A stretch of DNA of 64,000 nucleotides from Mobula hypostoma (GCF_963921235.1 NC_086109.1:31994001-32058000), one strand, 5' to 3'. Shown: positions 48,107-61,930, counted from the first letter of the stretch. Notes: generated by a model from the letters alone, not told the origin. Translations and numbers: made by a program.

Positions 48107-48680
48107 AACATAGAAATCTACAGCATATTACAGGCCCTTCAGCCCACAATGTTGTGATGACCGTGTAACCTAATCTAGAAACTGCCTAGAATTTTCCTAG
48201 CGCATAGCCCTCTATTTTTCTGAGCTCCATGTACTTATCTAAGAGACCCTTAAAAGATCCTATTGTATCCGCTTCCACCGCTGCCGCCGGCAGTGCATTC
48301 CACACACCCACCACTCTGTGTGAAACACTTACCCCTGACATCCCCTCGGTATCTATTTCCAAGCACCTTAAAACTATGCCCCCTCATGTTAGCCATCTCA
48401 GCCCTGGGAAAGAGACTCAAGCTATCCACATGATCAATGTCCCTCATCATCTTATACACCTCTATCAGGTCACCTCTCATCCCCCACTGCTCCAAGGAGA
48501 AAAGGCCAAGTTCACTCAACCTATTCTCATAAGGTATGCTCCCCAACCCAGATAACATCTTTGTAAATCTCCTCTGCACTCTCTCTATAGTATCCATATC
48601 CCTTCTGTAGTGAGGTGACCAGAACTGAGCACAATACTCCAAGTAGGGTCTGACCAAGGTCTTATATGCGGTAGCTGTAA
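48107..48680 (-). mobile_element. CR1 LINE 3' fragment
   Basis: ORF 48250-48657 VRPYLEYCAQFWSPHYRRD..MRGDLIEVYK. Confidence 0.92.
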
Positions 48681-49539
48681 TGCTATATAAAAGAGTGCTT
48701 GGAATGTGGAATAAATTACTTCAGAGAAGAGTGGGGGCAAATCGGATGTTTGCACTAAAGGGAAAGTTAGATTAATTAACGTGGGGAAAGGAGTAACAGG
48801 TCATCGCAATAGGTTCTAAAAGTGGCAGGAGGAGGTTTTAGTGGTACATAAACACAGGTAGATTGACCAAATAACCTTTGGTAAGTGCTGTACATTTAAA
48901 GTTACTTAATTGTTGATTACTGGACAGTGAAAACATAACATGATCATATTATATTCCTGTTAACCTATTTCCTTTAGTTATTTTGATAACTATAACAATA
49001 TAACAGATATGTAATACAAGCATGTCATTATTTTCAGCAAATGATTACCAAAGAAACATATCAAACAGGTTTTAGCTTTGTATTGTTGTTTAAATACAAT
49101 TCAGTTATTTAAACTAAATTGGCTGCAATGTTTGGGCATGTTTAAATGTACAACTGTCTGGAACCCCCAGATATGCCACCATACAACATCCTCCACAACA
49201 AATAAAGATCATGGCCATTCTGACTGTAAAGCACCATATAATTATGGACTAAGTTTTATACAGAGAAGTACAATGATGGTTTAGCTAAGCAAAAAGAACT
49301 TCATCAATTTATTCAAAAAACTAAATAATTCAGCAAAAGTTGATTAAATTTTAATTTACAATTAAAGGGCTCAAAATGTAGACCAATACGATTGGCAACA
49401 TCATGGCCCAACATATCCCTCATACCAAGAGATTAACTGTGGGTCAGACACGAGTTCATTAGAGCTGTCTAGGAGAAGCATCAGTCAATTGAAAGCATGG
49501 TGCCAATCTGTGAAACTGCAGCACATTACGACATTCATT

Positions 49540-50360
49540 CTAAACAGAGAAAATAAAATGCAGGAGACAGAGCTGAGCAAATTGTACATGTACAATATAA
49601 CTCTGATATTTGCCTACTCCAGATAGCCATTAAATAGAGAAACCACCCACCCCCATCCACTGCAGCAAAAAAAAAGCCACAATAACAATCTCCAACTCCT
49701 TCACTCGCAGAAAAGAGCAGTGACAGTAGCACCAAGCCCCCAATCACCCTCTCTACACACAAAAGTTAGAAGATCACCCACCTGCCAATCGTCCACAAGA
49801 ACGAAAACACCGAAAAACTGAAGGAAACCAATATAAAGTACAGACAAATAATCACATAAATCTCAGAAACATTTTTTTCATCTGCATGCCTGGAGAGCAG
49901 CCATCTGAACTCAGTCTTCCTGTAAAGAGTGACCACTGACCCGGATCAGATCACCACCAGTCCGGGGCCAAACTCGCTGATCTGGCTGCTAATTATCTCT
50001 GTTTGGAGCCATCGCTGATCTGTGTATTCGCCTCCTTGCTTCAATCTTCCTCGCCGCTACAAGATGGAGTTGTTCATGACCCCGCAACTCGTCTCTGGTC
50101 GTATCCACAAGTCAGCTTGTGTTCTCAGACCTTCTCAGCCCCTCCGTCTCTGATCTGAAAGAGGCAGCTCTCCGGGCACAGCTTAGCGCTGGATCCTTCA
50201 ATCCAGTTCCAAACTGTACATCACAGGCTCCAACAGTTTCTGTAACACAAACAAGACAAAAGGAACAAGCAGAAAGCATAGTAAAAGTGAAATAATTGGA
50301 TATATTTGCTATCTGCAAGATGTCGACCAAGCAATCTTTGTTTGCTTGCGCCATCTGGAC
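49540..50360 (-). mobile_element. Non-autonomous retroposon with AGATGGCG 5' end
   Basis: Minus strand starts CCAGATGGCGCAAGC; architecture similar to 6981-7672. Confidence 0.45.
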
Positions 50361-50399
50361 CGTTTGGGAGGGCTTTTTCACAAACAATGCAACAAATTA

Positions 50400-51900
50400 A
50401 AGCTCTTTGGTCCTGTTATGTCTTTTTACATATGGCAGTAGGCAGATTAACAACTAATAGATGCATAGGCTCCAAGAACATTGGTCACCACACTCCTCTT
50501 CATGACCGTCCAGTACAATAGATGTCCTTTTGAAGCATGTGAGAACTTCAGACAGCTGAATCGAAAAGTTACATATCTCTAGCCAGTTGGTCCCCACAGA
50601 TATTTAGTAATCAGCCAGGTATACCATCTGGACCAGATGCCTTTTGTAGAATCATATTCCTGGAGGATGCTGAGACAGATTCGCCTCAGAGATTGATATT
50701 ACAGGGTCAACCAGAGATATGAGGGCTTGTGTGGATGTGTTGCAGTCCTCCTGATCAAAGTGTGCATAAAAACTATTGAGCTCATCCAGGAGTGACGGGT
50801 CTTTGCCAATTATGCTACGTGGAAGGAGTTTAGGAACCTAACAGCAACTCTTTTGCTTGCATCTTCAGAAAAAGCTCTATTTCCATCTTTAATATCTCTG
50901 TTTTTCTCTTTCAGGGTTCTTTTGAAACCTTGACCTGGAGTTACACGCTGATTTCGGTTCTTTTCGGGAATGGGACCCGCTCTTGGGGTTTCACGACTGG
51001 TCATTACTCGACATGCCAAGGGCGCGGCCTAAGAGCTCCGCTCACCTATAGAGGTCTGAGATTTCATGGCTCTGGAGACAGGTGGATTGAAGGTCAATGT
51101 CATGGCAGGAGATCGGAGTATCATTGGGAGAGTCGGAAGATCTACGGCTGTATGTCCAGAGACCTGAGATCTTTGGGCACAGAGCTCAGAAAAAGCGATA
51201 CAACAGATTTTTAACATCGTAAGCTAATGAGTTGTTTGTCGTGTCTCCCCTCTCACTATGAAATGGAGACACCTCTTTCTCCCTTATTAGGGAGAGAGAG
51301 TGCCTGTGGTATGTCGAATACCAGGTGAACAAGTAGTCTTTGGAGTACTGCAAGGCTGTATCTTTGCTGTTGCTTTGCTATACGCTTGAGTGCTCGGTGG
51401 TGGGCGCTGATGCTTTTTGTTTTGCTGGTGGGGGGGGATTGTTGCTTGCTGCTGCTTATGCGCGGGAGGGGGACTTTGTGGGTCTAACATTTAACTGTCA
51501 TTCATTCTTTGGGGGCACTCCTCTGTTTTTGTGGGTGGTCATGAAGAAAAAGCATTTCAGGATGTATACTGTATACATTTCTCTGACATTGAAACCTTTG
51601 GAAGTTAAGTGCCGCAACTATCGAGCATCCATCCTTGATTCCAGTTTAGTCTGAAAATGCTTTGTTCAGTTTGTAATGGCCATCCAGAGGTTGTGCCTGA
51701 ACTTCTTATATGATTCCTGGTTGCTAGCCCTAAATACCACAGAAGTAGCCATTGGCAGGTTATGAATTTCATAATTCGTCGGGAGATTCAACTTGGGCAA
51801 GACTCAGAATGTTTTTATGGGCACATTCATCCATGCATGGCCCTATGAAGTCAGTAACAACTGTAGAATGGTTATTTAAAGCCACTATCAATTCCATGGC
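50400..51900 (-). mobile_element. Old Rex1 RT remnant split by 50820-51602
   Basis: KASGPDGIPG..ICGDQL on the minus strand near 50590-50645; upstream Rex1-like sequence at 51620-51900. Confidence 0.6.
50820..51602 (+). mobile_element. Non-autonomous ~800-bp retroposon, copy 2 (uninterrupted)
   Basis: Colinear with 6210-6980 + 7675-7728. Confidence 0.85.
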
Positions 51901-52529
51901 CCACCAAATCGAAGCAATCCCCAATTCACTCCTCCAGTTTAGTACCATGTTACTGTCTACTTTCTACATCCCCAAATTGTTTAGGATTAAGGCATAACTA
52001 TCTACTTCCTGAATAAATTTATTTTCCATTGCTTTCTGTGGTGGAAAATTCCACAGGGAGAAACATTTTCTCCTGTTCTTAGTTCTAAATGGCATGTTTG
52101 TATGCTAGGCTGGGATTCCTGGTTATGGCTCTCCAGCAATAGAAACATCTTCCCCTAGTTCGTCCTGTTAAGTTGTTGTCAGTTTGTAGGAGATTCTCTC
52201 TCATTCTATGATACTCTTGTGAACACAGACCTAATCTAATCATTCCTGCTATGTTGGTCCTTCTACTCCTGAAGTCAGTTCTATGAACTCTTGCTGCACT
52301 CCCTTCATGACAAGAACATTTTCCTCAGACAAGGAGACCAAAACTGTACACAAAAGCCCAACTGTGATCTCTGCACAATTGCAGCCAAAAAAAGTCCTTA
52401 TTCCTGTACTCAAAGCTTCTAGCAAATATTTCCAATCAATCACATGCTTTCCTAATTGTTTGTTACAATGTCTGCTTTGAGTGATTCATAACAAGGACAG
52501 TTGGGTCCCAGCTCATCTTCTGTGCTATG

Positions 52530-53490
52530 ATAGTGAAGCAGTTGCATAACATTATCACTGTGCTAGCTGTAAGACCAGGGTTTGGTTCCCATCACTGTCT
52601 GTAAGGAGTTTGTAAGTTCAAAGTTCAAAGTACATTTATTATCAATGTATAATTATATGACCTTGAGCTTCGTCTCCTTACAGGCAGCTACAAAACAAAG
52701 AAACTTCGGAAGAACCCATTTTTAAAAAATCAAGCACCCAATGCGCAGAGAGAGGGAAATATATAACAAATTGTCCAAACAAAAAAGTAAAGCAAATAGC
52801 TTCAGAATTAAAGTTTTAGGAAAGACTCAAAACCAGGCATCACTGCAGCTGGGGCAGGCCAGAGCCTCAGGTCAGCGCAGAGTCACAGAGCAGTGAGCAG
52901 AACCAATTCTAGCCTCGCCTCTGGTCCTGACAGCTTGCCCTTTTCAATCTGGCCTGGTGCTTATCTCGTCCAAACTCTACTCTCGGACTGGTTTGGGTCC
53001 TGAACCCTGCTGCCAAGATTTGGCCCATAACCAACCTTTCTAATACAGGCTGGCATTTAAATCAATCAGACATTGGGACTTCCCTTGCTCTCAGGGGCAC
53101 CACGACTCTGCCTTGTCTCTGCTTTGACCCCACCTCCGTCTCCACTGGCCTCACATGCACCTCCACCACGCCACTACTCACCTCCGCTTTCCTCAACCAC
53201 GCCTCGCCTCTGTCTCCACCACACTCGCCTCTCCATTGTGAGCACTGATCTTTATTAACAAAGTGTTAGTAAAAGATTCTCCCCGTGACCACATGTGTTT
53301 CCTCTGGGTGCTCCAGTTCCCATCCGCATATTCCAAAGATGTATAGGTTAGGATTAGTGAGCTGTGGGCTTGCTATTTTGGCACTAGAAGAATGCCAACA
53401 CTTGCGCGCAATTTGATTTTATGCAAACACCGGCATTTCACTTCATGTTTCAATGTACATGTGGTAAATACTGTAAAGCTAATCTTTAAT
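52530..53490 (+). mobile_element. V-SINE split by an insertion at ~52615-53276
   Basis: CTGTCTGTAAGGAGTTTGTA | insert with (AAGTTCA)n tail | TTCTCCCCGTGACCACATGTGTTTCCTCTGGGTGCTCC. Confidence 0.7.
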
Positions 53491-53814
53491 CTTTTACATT
53501 TTGCCAATCCATCATCATTTTAATCTGAAATGTCTTTGTTTTTGAAACCACATTGGATAACCTCACATTTATCCACGTTAAACTGCTTCTCTCTGGTTCA
53601 CTAAATGTGCCTAAATTACACTGGAGCTCTTTGCATCTTCAAACAGCAGACCTCACCCTTTTCCTGCCAGCTTTGTTTGACTGAAGTCTTAGAGATGCTG
53701 CATTTAAAAATATATATAATGATTGGCAGGAGTTCAAACAGTGATCCTTGTGGCATTTCATTGGTCCCTGCCTGCTAGCCAAAAAAGACCCATTTATTCT
53801 TACTTCCTGTAGCA

Positions 53815-55652
53815 ACAGAATCAATTTATTATCCCTGGATGGTATGGCATGAAACTTGGTGTTTTGCAGCAGCAGTGCAGTGCAAAGACAGAGTTACTTA
53901 AATTACAACAGTAAATAAATTGTACAAGAAAAAAATAACAAAGTAGTGTTCGTGGGTTTCTGTGATCACTCAGAAATCTGACGGCAGAGGGGAAGAAGCT
54001 GCTTCTGGATTGTTCGATGTGGATCTTCAGGTGCTTGTACCTCCTCCCCGATTCTAGTCATTGCAGGAGGCAATGACCTGGATGATGAGGGTCGCTAGTG
54101 ATGGACGTTGCCTTCTTGAGGCAAAAAAGCCTCTTGAAGATGTCCTTAATGGTGGGGAGAGGGTTGTGACTGTGACAGAATTGGCTAAGTCTATAACCCG
54201 CTGCAGCTTTTCTGTCAATTGGACGCTCCATACAATGCTGTGATGCAACCAGTCGGAATGTTACGACTGTAGTCAGAACTACATCTATCGAACATTGTAA
54301 GAGAATTTAGTGATATACCAAATCTCCTCAAACTCTTAATGAAGTACAGCCACTGGCATGATTTCTTCAATGTGGTGGAATCAGGATGGATCTTTGGGGA
54401 TGTTACATACATAGAATAGTACAGTACAGTACAGGCCCTTCGGCCCACATTGTTGTGCCAACTCTCAAACCCTGCCTCCCATATAACCCCCCACCTTAAA
54501 TTCCTCCATATACCTGTCTAGTAGTCTCTTAAATTTCACTAGTGTATCTTCCTCCACCACTGACTCAGGCAGTGCATTCCATGCACCAACCATTCTCTGA
54601 GTAAAAAAACCTTCCTCTAATATCCCCCTTGAACTTCCCACCCCTACCTTAAAGCCATGTCCCCTTGTATTAAGCAGTGGTGCCCTGGGGAAGAGGCGCT
54701 GGCTATCCACTCTTTCTATTCCTCTTAATATCTTGCATACCTCTGTCATGTCTCCTCTCATCCTCCTTCTCTCCAAAGAGTAAAGCCCTAGCTCCCTTAA
54801 TCTCTGATCATAATCCATACTCTCTAAACCTGGCAGCATCCTGGTAAATCTCCTCTGTTGACACACAGGAACATAAATTGCTCACCCTTTCCACGACTGA
54901 CCCCTCAATAAATACTGCTGTGTGTTCTCCAAACTTCCCCTCCCTAAAGTCTATAATTAATTCCTTGACTTGCTAATGCTGAGGTTATTGTTGTAATGCC
55001 ACCACTCAAATGGCTGATCTACCTTACTCCTGTACCCTTCCTCACCACCTGCTGAGATTCTACCAACAACAGCGGTGTCATCGGCAAACTTATAGATGGT
55101 GTTTGGTCTCTGCTCAGCTACTAACAATAGAGACTGTAGATTACTAGGCTAAGCATCCATCCTTGAAGTGTCTCTCTGCTGACTAATAACAAGGAGATGT
55201 TACTACCGATTTGCACTGACTGTGGTCTCCCAATAAGGAAGCTGAGGATCTAGATGCAGGGGGAGGTACAGGGACCAGAATTTTGAAGCTTGGAGATTAG
55301 TAAGGAGGAGATGATGGCGTTGAACACTGACCTTCAATTGATAAACAGCAGGAGGCTGGTATAGGTTTTGTGGTTGTCCAAATGCTCCAAAGCCGAATGG
55401 AGAGCCAATGAGATTGCATCTGCTGTAGACCTGTTGTGGCAGTGAAGATTTGCTGCAAGTCCGGATCTTTGCTCAAGCAGAAGTTCATTCTAGCCATAAC
55501 CAGCTTCTTAAAGCAAATCATTGTGGTAGATGTGAGTGCTACTATGTGATATTCATTGGGCACCAGTATGATTGCTGCCCTTTTGAAGCAGATGGGAACC
55601 CTAACAATGAAAGATTGAAATTGTCCTTGAACAATCCAGCCAGTTGGTCGGC
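53815..55652 (-). mobile_element. Rex1 LINE fragment with nested CR1
   Basis: YHIVALTSTTMICFKKLVMARMN, LYFIKSLRRFG; tail ATAATAAATTGATTCTG. Confidence 0.8.
54409..54858 (-). mobile_element. CR1 LINE 3' fragment
   Basis: RRFTRMLPGLES..LGLYSLERRRMRGD..FFTQRMVGAWNALP. Confidence 0.92.
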
Positions 55653-56469
55653 ACTCTTGTTCCTATCTGCCAATCAGCTCTTAGTCTATGCCAACAATTT
55701 AATTTTGCACACTAACCTCTTATATGGGACCTTACTAAGAACCTTCTGAAAATCCAAATACACTCTCCAATCTTTTGGAACTACTCCAGGGCCTAAAGAA
55801 CTTTTGAAAATGACAACCAATGCATCAACTCTTTCCAATGCCACTTTGTTTTCTATTCTAGTAGATTATCAAGTTTAGAGGATTCATGAATCTCTAATCC
55901 CATAAATAACTAAATCACTATCTCTTTCTTTCTCCCCTTAACCCCTCTTGCCCTCTCTGTCTGCAATGAAAAGTGCACCTATGATTTACTGAACTGATAT
56001 AGGCATCGCAGAACATATATTTGAGAGATTGGATCAGCTATGGCTACATTTACTGGATTGCTTTTTCTGAAAATTTTGTAAGTTTCATCTTTATTTTGAT
56101 CCCTAGTTTCCTACATAAAACAAAACTGAACTCTCCACTTTGGTGCCACTCAGGAATGAATAAGAGTTATAGTTCATATACACATTATTCAAATATTATC
56201 TATGCATATCTACCATCATATCCATTTAGTAAAATTGCTCAATTTATCACAGCCAATTCATGCCTCATATGTTTTTAGGACTGATTCAGATTTAAATAAA
56301 ACTACTACATAACTTTTCACCTTAAGGGAGAATTTTATCATGCTAAAATCACCCTCCTTAGTGATGCATCTCCCTGAATTGGAAATATCACCATGCTCTT
56401 ATCATCATTGATTCTAAATCCCGGAGCTCCCTTCACAACAGCATTTATCACAGCACATTACAAGAACCA

Positions 56470-56835
56470 GCCTCCCTCTTATGGACACTGTCTGTTCTTC
56501 TTGTTTCCTCAGCAAAGCACCCAGCATAATCAAAGACCCCACTCACCCCAGCATTCTCTCTTATCCCATCTCCCACTGGGCAGAAGATACAAAAACCTGA
56601 AAATATGTACCAAGGACAACTTCTATCCAACTGTTATCAGACTCTTAAACAGACTACTTTTATGATCAAATGTACTTTGGCTTCACTACCTACACTTTTT
56701 CAGTAGCTTTTATACTTTGTTCCGCCTTTTTTTTTTACCTTATACTAGTTCAATTCATTATGTATAAACAATAAGCAAGACAAGCTTTCAATTGCATCTT
56801 GGTACATGTGGCTGTAATAAACCAGTACCAATAGA
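56470..56835 (+). mobile_element. Rex1-like 3' fragment nested in an older non-LTR 3' end
   Basis: SIIKDPT..HSLLSHLPLGRRYK..KDNFYPTVIRLLN; tail AATAAACCAGTACCAAT. Confidence 0.65.
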
Positions 56836-58019
56836 ATAATTTCCCTCAAGGACCCTCAGTGGTTCAAGAAAGTGTTTCAGTCCGGCATTCTCAAATGAAT
56901 ATAGGTCTTGGCAATCATGCCTAAAATCCTGAAATATGAATAAATAAATAATATCATCACATCATTTTCTACTGAAAAAAAAAGAAAAACTCCTCTCCAG
57001 GACTCTTTTTCCCCCCCCCACAACTTTGTTACATAGAGCAACATATGTAGATTTGTTTTTTATTTTGTATGTAGGATTACATCTCCAAGCAAATCTTTGT
57101 TGCTATTTCAATGCATAAACTGCTTTTTATTCTACTTTAGATTTCCTAAAACATTGCAAGACAATTGTGTATTTTTACTAGTTTTAAAATAAGACATTAG
57201 TCAAGGTGACCTCAGTTTGTTCTTAAAAAAAAATTAAACAAAATATATATAGCATCTTCCATCACTTTGCTATCATTAACTACAATTTGCTTGTTATTGT
57301 AGGAGGCTGGCTTTAGTTCAAATGCTAACTAAACACATAATTTTGATTGATAAATGAGAGAATTCTCAGCAATACATCCTCACATTTCGAGCAAGTAAAA
57401 TTGACATTTCAAACAGCTGGCATGGTATAATTTTGCATTTACAAAATTGTGGTGTTAAATCCTGTGAGTTAAATTATAGCTCATCATCAAGTACACTACA
57501 CCTGTTGATTTGGCTCCTAATTCAAGAACATATTATAATGCAGATTTGTTTCTCTTTGCACTTCTGGATGTCTTGTGGATGCAGACATGTCATAGTGCTC
57601 ACTTAAGTTATGCTAATTTATTTGTAATATCATAAGGACTAGCAAAAGGAACAGTGTGCTTTAGTGGTTCTTGTGTTTTTACTGTCAGGAACACATCTCT
57701 GGAGACATAAAACTAAGCAATCAATTTCACTTGCAGGTCTCTTCTTTCCCTCACAAGAAGAGATAACAGAGCAAAGAAGTCGACGTAATTCTCTGGTCAT
57801 AATAAACAAGCAGATGTGATACTGTAGCTAAAATACCTGAGAGCAAGGTCACCGGAGATGGGGAGAGAGGGGTTTGGAGCTGCCGGGCAAAGAATTCAAT
57901 ATCATCCAGCCATATGACATACAACCCCCTCTTGTGGTTTTGATTCAGAATTCACCTCTTGTAAGGCTGGTGGAAACAAGATCAGTCAATGTTATCAAAC
58001 TAAGAGACATTTCCTATTC

Positions 58020-58420
58020 TGGTTCCCATTGTTCATGCCTTCTCTTCTCCTCACCTGCTCATCACCTCCCTCTGGTGCCCCTCCTTCTTCCGTTTCTTCC
58101 ATGGCCCACCATCCTGTCCTATCAGATTCCTCCTTCTTCAGCCCATTATCTTTTGCACCCATCACCTCTCAGCTTCTGACTTCAACAGCCCCCACCCCCC
58201 GTCCGTCCGCAAGCCCACCTTCCCCTTCACCCGGTCTCACCTATCACCTGCCAGCTTGTGCTCCTCCACCTTCCCCCACCTTCTTATTCTGGCCTCCGCC
58301 CCCTTCCATTCCAGTCCCGATTAAGGGTCTCAACCCGAAATGTCAACTGTTTATTCCCCTTCACAGATACCGTATGACTCTGATTTCCTCCAGCATTTTG
58401 TGTACTTTGCTTAAAGTTTC
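58020..58420 (+). mobile_element. PLE pLTR remnant with degenerate hammerhead motif
   Basis: C-rich pLTR, then CAGTCCCGATTAAGGGTCTCAACCCGAAATGTCAACTG..TTCCTCCAGCATTTTGTG. Confidence 0.7.
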
Positions 58421-58857
58421 CAAAAGAAAAATTGTCATGCAATAGAAGAAACTGATCTACAGGGCCATGGGGAGAACAATGTAGAGGATTTAGGTCGATT
58501 CAACAAACAGGCTTGAAATGGCAAGATTCTCCTTCTGTACCATAAGAAATCTAAGCTTCTTTCTCCCCTCAATCTCTTTGCAGAATTAAGAAAAGCAGTA
58601 TTAATTAAATGTCTTCTATTTTCTGCTCCTTCCCCATAAGAAGTCTTTTGGTGCACTTCCCTGCGTGACCTAATTAGTACTCACTGCTGTGGGAATCCTA
58701 TAATGACATGCCATTTTACTTTGACCCTCCAACGTGCAGTACCACCCCTTTGCTAGGTGTTTGCTAGTGGTCTATTTAGGGTGAACATACCTGGGACTTA
58801 AATTAAAATAGGATCTCCACATCATTAACTTCTCATTGACCTTTAACCCCTTGAGCA

Positions 58858-58946
58858 ATGCACACAATGTGCTGGAGGAGCTCAGCAGGTCAGGCAGCAT
58901 CTATAGACGTGAGTAAATAGTCAAAGTTATGGCTCAAGACCCTTAA
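58858..58946 (-). mobile_element. PLE pLTR tail remnant
   Basis: TGCTGGAGGAGCTCAGCAGGTCAGGCAGCATCTAT..CAAGACCCTT. Confidence 0.6.
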
Positions 58947-60759
58947 GCCTGTGTTAGGCCAACTTTAAGAAAACCAAATTTTTAAATCAAAACTTCAGAT
59001 TCGAGGTTTCTCTTCTTGGAAATCCAAACACAGAGTTTTTTTTATAGGCTGTCAAATGGGATACAGCTCTTATCTTTGGGTAGATTTTATTTTAAAGAAA
59101 CACCAGAAAAAGGAACAGATATTCTGAAAAGATTCTGCTGGCTACGCATCATCGGTGCGGAGAGAAATTGAGCCAATGTTTCACATTCATGATTTGCTGG
59201 TATTTTTATTCAGATTTTCACCAGTATTTGCATTTTAGAGTATTAAATACTCATTTGATCTTGTGGCATATACCAGCAAAGAAAAATATCATGAAGTAAA
59301 AGTCATGGGGATACTCATCAGGTCAGTCAGTGACTGCGGAGAGAGAAGTAGCGTTACCTGAGCTGAGCCGAAATATTAACTCTGTACCTCTGCCTGACCT
59401 GGTAAGTATCCCCAGTATTTTCTGTTTTTGTTTACCACAACCACCAGTTGCTATTGTAGCCCAGACATTTTCAGATTTCCTTTGCACTTGTGCTGGGAAA
59501 TCTACATGAACATGTGCCGGTCTGACGGAGGTTCTACCAATCACAATTAAAGGGTATGGCTGTTGGGGGAGGGGGAGGCTCCTATCTGGAAGCCCAGTTG
59601 CAGAACAGGTATCTTCAGTACTGAAAATTGACTATTAATGAATGAAGTATAGTACAACAAAACTCTGCTCTGATAATCCACTACATAACCATTCAGAAAT
59701 CCTGCCAATCCAGCACCTGGCTTATTAAGTGAGGTCTTCAGCTCTCCCCTTCCCTCTCACCCAGGCCTGCTTCTCACTGACTAAGTCCAATTCCAATCCC
59801 TATAAAATCTTAGCCAGTTTACTGGAAATTTTTAATATTATACTGTGTAACATTTTTTAAAAAGTAAATTGACAGTGTGTTAGGTAACATCCAATTTTAA
59901 TAGCTTTGAATTGTCAGTAATCGTGTATTTGGATTTTTGAAAATATCAAAAAGCATTCAGGAAAAAGTCTGCCCTGCTGCCTCCTTAACTTCACATGACA
60001 TCCTAATGATGTAGAAGGCCATTCCATTACACAGGGTGTTGCATATCGGGCAGCCTAGGCTACTAAAACACGAGGCGATTATAGATATTTTTGAAGATAA
60101 GCAGTGGGGTAGGTGACTTGCCATTAACAACAAAATTCAGCCCATTGTATTGCTGAAATACAGAAGCATTGTTATAAAAGACAGAAAATATCTGAGCTTG
60201 AGATGAGGGGTAAGCCTGCAATTTCCAGCTTTAAGAAATGTGAATGCTTGGGGCTGAGATCAGTAGATTTTTTTTAAAGTGAACCAGGGTTATGGGGATT
60301 GGGAGGAGATAAGGAATGAGGCAGAAATCTGCTGTGATCTTACTGAACTAAGGGGGAATCTCAAGGGGTTGTATCTCTACCTCTGTTCCTTTCCTTAACT
60401 TCCTCTGCTTCACATATCACTTTATTCTCATTAAGGGATGAAACTTCATTTTTTTCTGTTCCAGCTGAGAATAGCATCATTGCGATTTTCTTTCTGAAAA
60501 CTGATGTTCATTTTAATGAACATGAAGTTGACATCAGGATAATAATGCCATCTAATCCGTTATTCCAATGGATGACAGATTAGATGGAATTTTTGAGGTT
60601 GCATTTTATTATTGTGACAACATTGGTTCCAGTCATATTGAATTAGCCACTGGGGATCAAACAGGAATAATCATGCCTGGAAATTCAATTGCAGAACACT
60701 ATTTTCCGTATTAAAAATTGACTTTATAAATGACATGTAATAAGCGTGCTGCGCTTGTC

Positions 60760-61930
60760 TCAACATCAACTCCAACAGTAATTTTTCATGCTTTTGAGAC
60801 CTTGCCTCAGCTTGATGCCAACCACAGCAATTCCACCAACTACAAGCCACAAGCCAGGAACAAGATGGAATGTTCTCCGTTATCCTGGATGAGTGCAGCA
60901 CCAACCATTCTCAATAATCTTGATTAAAAAGAGGCTCACTTGTCCAGCACCAGTCAGCAACCTAACTGTTCACTCCCTCAAACACGAGGAAATCTGCAGA
61001 TACTGGAATTTCAAGCAACACACATAAAAAATGCTAGTGGAACACAGCAGGCCAGGCAGCATCTATAGGAAGAGGTACAGTCGATGTTTTGGGCCAAGAC
61101 CCTTCGTCAGGACTAACTGAAAGAAGAGATAGACCACTTTCAAATCTCTTACTATCTTTTCTTTCAGTTAGTCCTGATTAAGGGTCTCAGCCCGAAACGT
61201 CGACTGTACCTCTTCCTATAGATGCTGCCTGGCCTGCTGCATTCCACCAGCATTTTTTATGTGTGTTGCTTGTTCATTCCCTCCGCCACTGGAGCACAGT
61301 GGCAACAGTGTGCATTATTTATAAAATCTATTGCAGTTACTCACCCTGGTTATTCTAACAGTAACTGCCAAGCCTTCAATCTCTGCACCAAGATCGAGGG
61401 CAGGAGATGTAAGGGATTTCCTCCAAAATCGTACATCATCCTAACTTGGAATTTATTCTTCTTCACCAGTTGGAAACCATGGAGCTCCTTACCCAATGAC
61501 GTTGAGCTGTGGAGTAACCACTCGAGTCAAGTAACTCACTTTCAAAGACTTTTTATCTCATGTTCTCGATATTTATTGCCAATTTATGTATTGCTATTAT
61601 TATTTCTTCTTTTCTCTTTCTTTTTGTATTGAACAACTTGGGGTTTCTTTGCATGTTGGTCGTTGTAAGATACAGTCTTTCATAGATTCTATTGTGTTTA
61701 TTGTATGTACGGTGATTGCCCACAAGAAAATAAATCTCGGGGTCGTGTATGGCGACATGTACTTTGATAATAAGTTTACTTTGAACTTTGCGCGATCACC
61801 TTCACCAGAAGGACTATAGCAGTTCAAGAAGATGACTCAATGTCACCCTGTGAAGACCAATTCAGAAAGGAAATAAGTACTGAGCTGACATACCCAGTGT
61901 AGCCCAAATTCTGAAAAACGAATGCAAAAC
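60760..61930 (+). mobile_element. Old non-LTR (L2/Crack-like) 3' fragment hosting two insertions
   Basis: TNYKPQARNKMECSPLSWMSAAPTILNNLD ~ post-RT YK..VRS.MEY motif; resumes after 61283 and after ~61790. Confidence 0.55.
60980..61270 (-). mobile_element. ORF-less hairpin mini-PLE (two inverted pLTR ends)
   Basis: Arms 61012-61132 / 61152-61272, 19-nt loop; TSD TGTTCACTCCCTC (60967-60979) / TGTTCATTCCCTC (61271-61283); hammerhead-like motif in each arm. Confidence 0.88.

Larger units (their letters stand above)
51930..55900 (-). mobile_element. Old CR1 acting as host for nested SINE, Rex1 and CR1 insertions
   Basis: CR1 pieces at 51930-52520, 53490-53810 and 55655-55780 continue one another (..AAGGAGACCAAAACTG.., CACATTTATCCAC, CACACTAACCTCTTATATGGGACCTT). 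Confidence 0.6.

Noticed and set aside
59640..59945. Tigger-like MITE
   Set aside because: No convincing second TIR found
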